A stretch of 63,914 bases of DNA, counting the filler. It is 4 parts of 4 records of this genome, joined end to end, with 100 filler letters (N's around TTAATTAATTAA, not from the genome) between each part and the next. Parts side by side here need not be neighbours in the genome. Positions count along the whole stretch, not along the records: positions 11,888 to 41,145 come from SRR20825006_2323; 3 more parts are not named here. One strand, written 5' to 3'. The notes beneath the pieces are model-generated. The model was not told the origin of the DNA, did no database searches, and saw only the letters and a program-made list of their open reading frames with translations. Positions 28,185-35,913 of this stretch are shown here, piece by piece; position 1 is the first letter of the stretch; each line of letters starts with the position of its first letter. The position numbers and the translations under genes were made by a program.

Positions 28185-28729
28185 ACGATACACACACCGA
28201 TCATACCGAAAAAAGCCTGCTGATTGTTGAGGATGACAAAGCGTTCCGCACACGGCTTACTGTCTCGATGGAGCGTCGAGGCTTTAAGGTTTATGCCGCA
28301 GAAGGCATTGAGGAAGGTGCTATCCTCGCGTCTCAACACCGGCCACGGTATGCCGTGGTGGATATGAAACTTGAGGACGGCAACGGCCTCGACCTTGTAC
28401 CGTCGCTTCGCCAAATTCGCCCTGATATGCGGGTCATTATCCTCACCGGATACGGCAATCTCGCGAGCGCTGTCGCGGCGGTAAAGGCTGGTGCAGTGGA
28501 CTTCCTCGCCAAACCGGCGGACCCTGACCAGATTGCCGCTGCACTCCTGACGCCAGAAGGTCAAACACCACCAGTGCCAGAAAACCCCATGTCGGCAGAT
28601 CGGGTGAAATGGGAGCATATTCAGCGTGTGTATGAGATGTGCGACAGGAACGTGTCTGAGACCGCGCGGCGGCTCAACATGCACCGGCGCACGTTGCAGC
28701 GCATCTTGGCAAAACGGTCCCCCCAGTAA
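28181..28729 (+). CDS. regA: Response regulator RegA/PrrA/ActR
   Basis: PPVPENPMSADRVKWEHIQRVYEMCDRNVSETARRLNMHRRTLQRILAKR. Confidence 0.97.
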   Translation: MNDTHTDHTEKSLLIVEDDKAFRTRLTVSMERRGFKVYAAEGIEEGAILASQHRPRYAVVDMKLEDGNGLDLVPSLRQIRPDMRVIILTGYGNLASAVAAVKAGAVDFLAKPADPDQIAAALLTPEGQTPPVPENPMSADRVKWEHIQRVYEMCDRNVSETARRLNMHRRTLQRILAKRSPQ

Positions 28730-28733
28730 GCGG

Positions 28734-30065
28734 TTAGGCGGAGATCATCGGGTCTACGGCCTGCCCCTGGAACAGCGTGATCCCCAAAAGATGGCCAAGG
28801 TCGATATCCGTCGGCTCCGCACATCCATCAAGAATCACCCGCGCCTTGCCGACGCGGTCGATTTTGTTCTGAATTGCTGTCTCGGTTTTATTATTCAGCC
28901 AATCAACCTTGTTACCGGGCGGCAGCGCGATTTTCACAAAAGCGGCCTGCATGGGCTCGATATCAATGGCAAGAAACGCAAGCGGGTGCAAATCCCCTAT
29001 TGAGAGCCGATACCCGGCCCCAAGCAACATGGCGATGGCCGCTTGGTAGGCCACAGGGTTTGCAATGACATCAACCGCGCTAAACTCGATCACCACTTTG
29101 GAACGCCGCTGTGTGCCGAGTGACTTCTCGAATATCTCAAAAGCTGGAGACAATACCGCGGCGCTGGTAACCTTGATGCTGGATGCGAGCGAGGCTTCAT
29201 TGGTCATACCGGGTGTGGACGCCAGAACCTGCCGCGCAACAAGATCATCCATATAGCCGGACAGCCAGCGGTTTTCCGCCAGCACTCGGCCCTCAAGCAA
29301 GGTTTCATAGACAAGCTTACGCGGCACAAACTTGTGTTCCAGCACAGGCATTGGTGGTGAGCTGCCCAAAATGGCCTTCACGAACTGTTTGCGCAGCAGA
29401 CCCGCAACATCCGCGCCCTGCAGCGCTTTTGTCAGGGTCAGCAAAAGTTCCGGATCCAGGTCTCGATCGGTAACTTCTTCCTTCGCAGGCGGTATCACCG
29501 GCATCATGCGCACATGGCTGGGCTGATACGCCATAGGCGGGCTGTCATCTTCCGGCGGCTTGATCAAGCCTTTCGGGCCCTTTTTGCTACCAACTTTCTT
29601 GAGCGTCAGCTCACTGTTTTCGCCCATCTGCTCAGGTGCCGTTTCGCCAAGCCGCAACAAATCGCTCAATTGCTCGGCGTAATTCTTGAACTCTTCATAG
29701 TCAGCTTCAAGGTCAAACCAGACGACAAACTCGTCGCTCACCCCCTGAACCGGGTCGAGGGATGCGATAAGCGAGGAATCTTTCAACTTGCGACGAATGG
29801 CGTTCAGAGAGGGGTCAATGTCATGCACGCTCGCGTCTTTTGTGATCAGCACCAGATCGGCGTTGGGAAGTGCAAACATGGTTGCCCCAAAACGCGTGAT
29901 CACCCCCCTGAGGGCGGCGGCTGCAAACAAGCGGTAATGTTCCTCACGGAAATAGCGTTCAAGCGCAGACAGGCGAATATGAACCGCGCGTCGCCCTTCG
30001 GCGTGGCGCCGCAACTGCTTTACATAGTCAACCATGCGGTCGAGCGATGTCAGGTCTTTGCTCAC
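28734..30065 (-). CDS. Soluble protein with a degenerate EAL-like C-terminal domain
   Basis: VVIEF, GYRLSIGD (for G..iAlDDFG), FVKI (for KID), GITLFQG (for G.d..QG); no TM segment. Confidence 0.65.
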   Translation of the reverse strand: MSKDLTSLDRMVDYVKQLRRHAEGRRAVHIRLSALERYFREEHYRLFAAAALRGVITRFGATMFALPNADLVLITKDASVHDIDPSLNAIRRKLKDSSLIASLDPVQGVSDEFVVWFDLEADYEEFKNYAEQLSDLLRLGETAPEQMGENSELTLKKVGSKKGPKGLIKPPEDDSPPMAYQPSHVRMMPVIPPAKEEVTDRDLDPELLLTLTKALQGADVAGLLRKQFVKAILGSSPPMPVLEHKFVPRKLVYETLLEGRVLAENRWLSGYMDDLVARQVLASTPGMTNEASLASSIKVTSAAVLSPAFEIFEKSLGTQRRSKVVIEFSAVDVIANPVAYQAAIAMLLGAGYRLSIGDLHPLAFLAIDIEPMQAAFVKIALPPGNKVDWLNNKTETAIQNKIDRVGKARVILDGCAEPTDIDLGHLLGITLFQGQAVDPMISA

Positions 30066-30132
30066 GTAGATATTAATCCAGCCTTGCCCTACGGTGTCTG
30101 CTGTCGCGGATGATAAGATAAATTAAGTTAAT

Positions 30133-30831
30133 TTACCCTGAAAACTTCTTAACCCGATGCAACCACCACGCGCTTTCATTGATCGAATAAACTGGTCTGT
30201 AATGCAAAATCTGGGTGTCGGGCAAGACGCTATCGATCTGGTTATCAAGGATATAGGTTACATCCTCCAGTTCGACCGCAAGTACCGCGTGCGCTACATG
30301 CAGGTTTTCATCCTGCAGGATAACAAGGCGCATGCTTTCCGGATCGACGCCCAGACGCTTAAGGGTGATATATTTGCTGATGGCGTAATCTTCACAGTCT
30401 CCGTCCTTAAGGAAGAACTCGTCGGGCGTTGCCCAATAGTCCGGAATGCCCCAGTTCACCGGGTCAACGATATAGGCCGCCCGGTTCATATAGGCATTCA
30501 CAGCATCCAACTGTTCACGGGCCGGCGTTTCCTGCTGTTCGCCAACAAAAACATCCCACGCTTCGCGACTGCAAACCACACGCCCCGCCCCTCTGCAACG
30601 TTCTGCGGCGCTTCCTGTGGGCGCTTCAGGCAATGTTTTTGGTTTGTTGTGGCGCTGCCACATCTCGGTCCATTTGGCAAACTTGGTCATATTGGTGGAC
30701 CGCAGTTCCATGCTGCCAAACAAGCCTCCCATGCGGACCTGCGCCCACGCCTGTGGCTCAGCGACAAAAAGCAGCAAAACTACACAGATTGTAAGCGAGC
30801 GCAGCAAGCCTGACATATAATCCCGTACCAA
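30133..30831 (-). CDS. Bacterial transglutaminase-like cysteine protease (BTLCP, LapG-like)
   Basis: Signal peptide; DYWATP.EF, GDCEDYAISKY (Cys), HAVL (His), ILDN (Asp), PVYSIN. Confidence 0.93.
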   Translation of the reverse strand: MVRDYMSGLLRSLTICVVLLLFVAEPQAWAQVRMGGLFGSMELRSTNMTKFAKWTEMWQRHNKPKTLPEAPTGSAAERCRGAGRVVCSREAWDVFVGEQQETPAREQLDAVNAYMNRAAYIVDPVNWGIPDYWATPDEFFLKDGDCEDYAISKYITLKRLGVDPESMRLVILQDENLHVAHAVLAVELEDVTYILDNQIDSVLPDTQILHYRPVYSINESAWWLHRVKKFSG

Positions 30832-30971
30832 AATTGTTTGTGCCCGAAGGCAGAGCGTTTAAACATAGTGTGATGATTTTGATGTTCCAAGTCACTTCCT
30901 TACCGGGCTAGACTATTGTCCGAGGTGATGCAGGGAAAAGGACCGGGTCTTCCGGCCACAGGGGGCAACTT

Positions 30972-33026
30972 ATGGCAGGCAAAAAAAACGGCAGCAAATC
31001 CATTCTGATAGCGGGGGCAGGCATTTTAGCTGTCGCCGCACTCGGTTTTTTCGCGATTCTCAAATTCGCCGAATCAGAAGCTGAACAGGATATGATGCGC
31101 TGGCAGGACAGGATCAACCTTATCGCTGACAGCCGCGCCACCGAGGTTTCTGCCTGGTTGAACCGCTACCTCGCAAGCGTGGAAGCGTTGGCGAGCGACG
31201 CCACGATCCAGCTTTACGCGGGCGGGATGGATGACATGCCCGAAGCGGCCGAAGGCCAACGCGGATATGTGTTCGCGCTTCTCTCCGCTGCAGCCGAACG
31301 GGAAGGTTTCCAAGAGAAAACCGCCATTGACCAGTTGGCCGCCAACATCAAACGCCCACAACGCGCAGGCCTTGCCATCCTTCGCGGTGACGGCAGCGCC
31401 ATGGTGACCACCAGCGGCATGCCAATCCTGCGCCCCGGCGAATGGCCGTCTGATGCGCGCGGATCTTTCATCGCCGTTGGGCCACAACTTGAAGATAAAA
31501 CACCACTGGTGATTTTTGGTGCGCCTGTTGTGGCATCCGAAGGCATGGCGGGCGACCCTGCGGCCATCAATTGGGTGATTGGCGCCCGACCTTTGGACAG
31601 TGATTTCCTGAACACACTCAAACAACCCGGTGCCGCCAGCAAGACAGGCGAAACCTATGTTGTGGTTCGCGGGCAGGATGACCTTGTAACTCCCCTGACG
31701 CCGCTTGCAGAAGGTGGCCGTGTTGGCGAAGCCCGGCGGGATGCAGCGGCCGCATTTGCCGCCACCGCGCCGGGTGCTTTTGGTATGCGCCCCAATTATG
31801 CAGGGACGAAAGTTTTGGTAACAGGTCGGGAGCTTTCGGCCCCGGTGCCTTGGGTTCTGGTACGCACGATCAGCGCACAGGAGGCATTGTCCGAGATTAA
31901 CGAACGGCGCAACGGCCTGATTATCACGCTGTCGCTGGCGGCGCTTTTTGTGCTCGCCGGTCTTGTCCTTGTGTGGCGCCACGGTGTTTCCATCCGCCTT
32001 CAGGCCAGCTACCGGGAACAAGCGGCGCTTTCCAAACAGAATGAGGCCCTGAGCCGGTTCCTTCAATCTGTAAGCGACAGCCAGCCTACGGCAATCGCCG
32101 CGCTTGATAGTGACCTGACCGTGCGCTTTGCCAACAAGAAGCTGGGCGAGGTGACGGATATATCCGTTTCAGACCTCACCAATCGCCGGCTGGATACTGC
32201 TTTCAAGAGCGACACGGCGGACAAGCTTCGCAGCGGCCTTAAGTCGGTCAGCAAAGGCCAAAGCTCCGAGATGCAGCTCACCTTGCCGGTGGGCGACGCT
32301 GAACGCATTTTCCAAACCCAGCTGTTGCCGCTTGAAGGCGCTGGCCAGGACAAGGCGAATGCCCTTCTGGTGATGCAGGATATCTCGTCTCTGGTGCGCG
32401 CGAAGGAACAGTCTGAAACGCTTTTCAAACAGCTTGTCAGCACCCTCACCCAGATCATTGATGCGCGCGACCCCTGGAGCAAACACCACTCTGTTCGTGT
32501 GGCGGACGTTGCCTCTGCCATCGCCGCAGAAATGGGCTGGGACGCAGACACATGTGAAAGCGTGCGTATCGCGGGCCAGCTGGTGAACCTTGGCAAGATT
32601 TTTGTGCCAACCGAGATTTTGACCAAACAGAGCGGGCTGACGGATGAGGAGATCGCCCTTGTGCGTGAAAGCATGCAAAAGGGCTCAACCCTTGTGGCGG
32701 GGCTCGACTTCAAAGGGCCGGTGGCGGCCATCCTTGGTGAAATGCGCGAAAACTGGGACGGCTCAGGCGAACCCGACGGCAAAAAAGGCGAAGCTATCGA
32801 GCCCGGCGCCCGAGTGCTTAGCGTTGCCAACGCTTTTGTTGGCATGGTGTCCGCACGCGCGCACCGTGAAGGGCTCGGCTTTGACAAGGCGCTTGATATC
32901 CTGAACGGAGACGCAGGCAAGCGCTATGAGCGCCGCACGGTAGCCGCGTTGCAGAATATCCTGGAAAACAAGGACGGCCGCAGCCGTTGGCAGAGTTATA
33001 CGCAGGTCGTTAAAGAAGGCCCCTGA
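30972..33026 (+). CDS. Inner-membrane receptor: TM, periplasmic Cache-like domain, TM, PAS, degenerate HD-GYP
   Basis: Two TM helices around a large periplasmic region; PAS-like AIAALDSDLTVRFAN; DARDPWSKHHSVRVA, LVNLGK, MRENWDGSGEP, ANAFVGM. Confidence 0.85.
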   Translation: MAGKKNGSKSILIAGAGILAVAALGFFAILKFAESEAEQDMMRWQDRINLIADSRATEVSAWLNRYLASVEALASDATIQLYAGGMDDMPEAAEGQRGYVFALLSAAAEREGFQEKTAIDQLAANIKRPQRAGLAILRGDGSAMVTTSGMPILRPGEWPSDARGSFIAVGPQLEDKTPLVIFGAPVVASEGMAGDPAAINWVIGARPLDSDFLNTLKQPGAASKTGETYVVVRGQDDLVTPLTPLAEGGRVGEARRDAAAAFAATAPGAFGMRPNYAGTKVLVTGRELSAPVPWVLVRTISAQEALSEINERRNGLIITLSLAALFVLAGLVLVWRHGVSIRLQASYREQAALSKQNEALSRFLQSVSDSQPTAIAALDSDLTVRFANKKLGEVTDISVSDLTNRRLDTAFKSDTADKLRSGLKSVSKGQSSEMQLTLPVGDAERIFQTQLLPLEGAGQDKANALLVMQDISSLVRAKEQSETLFKQLVSTLTQIIDARDPWSKHHSVRVADVASAIAAEMGWDADTCESVRIAGQLVNLGKIFVPTEILTKQSGLTDEEIALVRESMQKGSTLVAGLDFKGPVAAILGEMRENWDGSGEPDGKKGEAIEPGARVLSVANAFVGMVSARAHREGLGFDKALDILNGDAGKRYERRTVAALQNILENKDGRSRWQSYTQVVKEGP

Positions 33027-33507
33027 TCAGGGGTGTTGAACTCGGGGCTGGTGAACCTGGGCGCGTCAAACCCGGTGCGCCCGTCACCTGTTCCGCAAGG
33101 CGCATACCGCCAAGCCGTGCCATCTTGAGGGTTAGTGTTTTTTTGCGTGCCGCGTTCACGCGCCGGTTGGCAGCGGGGCGAAGAATTTCTGCACCATAAG
33201 CATCCGCTATCATAATACCGGTAATGTCCGGCAGGCTTGTCTCTTCATTCAGAACCTCAAGCGGGAAGTCCTGATCAACCGCGAAATAAAACTCTTCGCC
33301 GTAGTCGAGATATTCCTGCCATTTGTGGTCACTACGGAAATCAGCAAGGCCCGACTTCACCTCCACAATCATGCAGTGCCCTTTTGGGTCCAGCGATACA
33401 ATATCAGCCCGGCGCCCATTAGTAAGCGGCACTTCAGTGATGGGAGCATAGCCAAGCTCCAGAAGCAGGCGTGTCGCCCCGCGGGTAACAACTTCTGTGC
33501 TGGTCAT
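33010..33507 (-). CDS. mmcB: MmcB family DNA-repair endonuclease
   Basis: EVPLTNGRRADI, IVEVKSGLADFRSDHKWQEYLDY; AGGAG RBS; SOS box upstream. Confidence 0.9.
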   Translation of the reverse strand: MTSTEVVTRGATRLLLELGYAPITEVPLTNGRRADIVSLDPKGHCMIVEVKSGLADFRSDHKWQEYLDYGEEFYFAVDQDFPLEVLNEETSLPDITGIMIADAYGAEILRPAANRRVNAARKKTLTLKMARLGGMRLAEQVTGAPGLTRPGSPAPSSTPLIRGLL

Positions 33508-33584
33508 GAGGTTTCTCCTGCAATCGGCGTCTTTGCGAATCACAGGAAAGCATCTCAAAGCTTCAGTTTGGGCGCAAGAAAAAA

Positions 33585-33599
33585 GAACATAAAGGGAAC
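33585..33599 (-). promoter_or_regulatory. Alphaproteobacterial LexA (SOS) box
   Basis: GAAC-ATAAAGG-GAAC, i.e. GTTC-N7-GTTC on the minus strand, upstream of mmcB. Confidence 0.85.
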
Positions 33600-33610
33600 A
33601 AATGGAAAGC

Positions 33611-34006
33611 TTAACTTTCTTCCGCAACGATCTCGGCGAGCCGGTTCACGAGTGCTTGGCCTTTTTCACCGCCATCGCCGGTAATCTTGTTCTCAAGTAC
33701 CACCTCGAAAATGCGGACATGAGCACCCACGCCGCGCGCGCTGGCATTCTCACCTGCGGTTTTGATATAGCGGCACAAGGACGTACCCACGGTGGTCATC
33801 AGCCCAAAATTGAAGCTCGAGCCCATGCCTTTGATATTATGGCTGATGTCATAAACACGGTCAGCTTTGCCCTGGTCCGTGCCTGACGCTTCCATCTCGG
33901 TGGTAATCTCACGCAGTTCTTTCACGGCATCGATTGTCCATGTCATGAATTGATCGACCAGTTCCTGATCGTCCGCGTATGAATAGTCACCTTGTTCGCC
34001 AGCCAT
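33611..34006 (-). CDS. Stand-alone Hpt (histidine phosphotransfer) protein
   Basis: Helical bundle with SHNIKGMGSSFNF (H..KG motif). Confidence 0.8.
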   Translation of the reverse strand: MAGEQGDYSYADDQELVDQFMTWTIDAVKELREITTEMEASGTDQGKADRVYDISHNIKGMGSSFNFGLMTTVGTSLCRYIKTAGENASARGVGAHVRIFEVVLENKITGDGGEKGQALVNRLAEIVAEES

Positions 34007-34057
34007 AAATCTTCTTCTGTTACCGTTGCAGGAAACACTGTTAATAAATATATCAGA

Positions 34058-34072
34058 TTAACAAGACTTTAA
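34058..34072. promoter_or_regulatory. Candidate CtrA box
   Basis: TTAA-CAAGACT-TTAA (TTAA-N7-TTAA), about 50 nt upstream of the Hpt start. Confidence 0.5.
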
Positions 34073-34187
34073 GGGCAAAAATGCAACTAGGATTATATTG
34101 ACCTGAAGTTTTGGGCCGGTTTTGCTTGCAATACCCGGCCTGCCTTCGATAAACCAAGGCAAACCAATGCGGAACAAGGAGCATACA

Positions 34188-34403
34188 GTGAGCCCAAATG
34201 AAATCGCGCGCTTGCAGGCATACCTGCAGGCTAAATTTAATAACAACATGATCAAACTGGTCCGTCGCCCTAAAGCGAAAGACTCGGTCGAGGTTGTTTT
34301 GGGCGAAGAATTTCTGGGTGTCGTGTACCGCGATGATGACGAAGGCGAAATTTCATACGCCATGTCTATCTGTGTGCTCGAGGAAGATCTGCCTCAAATT
34401 TAA
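34188..34403 (+). CDS. DUF3126 family protein
   Basis: EIARLQAYL...DSVEV..GEEFLGVVYRDDDEGEISY; AAGGAG before the GTG. Confidence 0.88.
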   Translation: MSPNEIARLQAYLQAKFNNNMIKLVRRPKAKDSVEVVLGEEFLGVVYRDDDEGEISYAMSICVLEEDLPQI

Positions 34404-34436
34404 CGAGACTGCCCTGGTTTAACGAGACTGCCCTGG
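34399..34436. repeat. Perfect 19-bp tandem duplication
   Basis: TTTAACGAGACTGCCCTGG x2, overlapping the DUF3126 stop codon. Confidence 0.9.
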
Positions 34437-34462
34437 GGGGCTGCCTGCGGCTGGAGACATTC

Positions 34463-34684
34463 ATGCTCTATCTTCTTGCTCTACTTATTCCGCCGCTTGC
34501 GCTGCTTCTGTGCGGGAAACCATTTCAGGCGATCTTCGCTGCGGTGATCTGGGTCATTGCGTGGTTCCTGACCATCCTTGCAGGCGCTGGTTTCATCGTT
34601 TGGGTGATACTTGCTGTCTGGTCGATCATGGTGGTCCGTGACCGCAATACACGCAAAATGTTTGAAGAAACGCGCGGGCGATAA
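34463..34684 (+). CDS. YqaE/Pmp3-like small membrane protein
   Basis: MLYLLALLIPPLALLLCGKPFQA; GGAG RBS. Confidence 0.75.
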   Translation: MLYLLALLIPPLALLLCGKPFQAIFAAVIWVIAWFLTILAGAGFIVWVILAVWSIMVVRDRNTRKMFEETRGR

Positions 34685-34776
34685 GCCGCCTGCGCATATC
34701 TCCACCTCCTACTTGTATATGACAAGCTGCCGACCTGAGCAGCTTGCACATCTCTGTGCGCCGTGTCACATTCCAT

Positions 34777-34795
34777 AAATGAAACATTTTCATTT
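34777..34795. promoter_or_regulatory. Operator-like palindrome upstream of the GNAT gene
   Basis: AAATGAAA-CAT-TTTCATTT, with perfect 8-bp arms, immediately before the RBS. Confidence 0.6.
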
Positions 34796-34810
34796 TAAAG
34801 GAATGGCAAC

Positions 34811-35404
34811 ATGGCGGCGCCGTCCATCAGGCAGCTTGAACGGGGTGAGCACGATCTAATCGGGCGGATAATCGCCACAGGTTTTGCAGACGATACGGTC
34901 AACCTGTGGGTTTTCGCTGGCGAAGGTGCCATGAAACCCACGTTCACCACCATGGCAGAATACCTTTACCTGACCCGTGGTTTTGGCCATGTCACAGCAG
35001 ACGGTTTGGCAGGAACCCTGTGGTTACCGCCTGGCGCAAAAAAGGGATACGGCCTTGGGAACCTCAGCCTCGGCGCAAGCATCATTCGTCACGGCGGCCT
35101 GCAGGCTCTTAAAAATTCGCTCATGATCGACGCCTTCATGGCGAAGAAACGCAAGCTGCACCCGCCGCATTTCTATCTGTTCGCCATCGCCGTTGACCCA
35201 AGCCTGCAAGGCAAGGGCATAGGTGGCGCCCTGATGCGCGAGGCCCTCACACGTGTAGACGCTGCTGGCATGCCGGCGTATCTCGAGAACTCGAAAGAGC
35301 AGAATATTTCGTTCTACCAGAACCATGGTTTTGAGATACTGGAAGAAGCAGTGCCCGCCAACGGATGCCCACCCATGTGGCTTATGTGGCGCAAAGCTAA
35401 CTAA
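34811..35404 (+). CDS. GNAT N-acetyltransferase
   Basis: HFYLFAIAVDPSLQGKGIGGALM, AYLENS, FYQNHGF. Confidence 0.9.
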   Translation: MAAPSIRQLERGEHDLIGRIIATGFADDTVNLWVFAGEGAMKPTFTTMAEYLYLTRGFGHVTADGLAGTLWLPPGAKKGYGLGNLSLGASIIRHGGLQALKNSLMIDAFMAKKRKLHPPHFYLFAIAVDPSLQGKGIGGALMREALTRVDAAGMPAYLENSKEQNISFYQNHGFEILEEAVPANGCPPMWLMWRKAN

Positions 35405-35406
35405 GC

Positions 35407-35904
35407 CTATATAGACACCGAGAGTTTTTCGGCCTCATCCAGATGATGCTCGACGCAGTTATCGCCGTCGCCAATACGGTCCACGACTAGAAAATCACTG
35501 ACTCCCTCAAGAGCGAGACAGAAGTGATGCCATGTACCCGCATGATAGTTCACGCCCTGCCCCGGCTCTGCCTTGAAAGCGCGTATTTGCGCGGCATCAA
35601 AATCGCCTTTTGGAGCAACCACCACCAGATAGGGCTTGGGGCCAAGCGGCATAAACGCCTGACTTGAAAGTGGATGATATTCCATCAGCTCAATCAACAC
35701 CGGTAGCGGCAGCGGGGTTGAGCGAAAGATGCTCATGCCTGCGCGACCACGGTTTGCATCTACGTCAACATGCGCGAGATCATGAAACCTAACCGTATTC
35801 CCGTAATTGATACCAAACTGGCGCACTCGATCTGTCGCTTCAATCACATCCCCGAAAGGTTTGAAAACGTCAGCTGTCAACGGTTCTGCGGTCAATACTC
35901 GCAT
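35407..35904 (-). CDS. allA: Ureidoglycolate lyase
   Basis: AEPLT...FKPFGDVI, MEYHPLSSQAFMP, QGVNYHAGTWHH, DFLVVDR. Confidence 0.93.
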   Translation of the reverse strand: MRVLTAEPLTADVFKPFGDVIEATDRVRQFGINYGNTVRFHDLAHVDVDANRGRAGMSIFRSTPLPLPVLIELMEYHPLSSQAFMPLGPKPYLVVVAPKGDFDAAQIRAFKAEPGQGVNYHAGTWHHFCLALEGVSDFLVVDRIGDGDNCVEHHLDEAEKLSVSI

Positions 35905-35913
35905 GGTGACTCC

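Noticed and set aside
31074-32920. 330-aa and 285-aa minus-strand ORFs
   Set aside because: Antisense shadows of the HD-GYP receptor gene with no recognisable domains.
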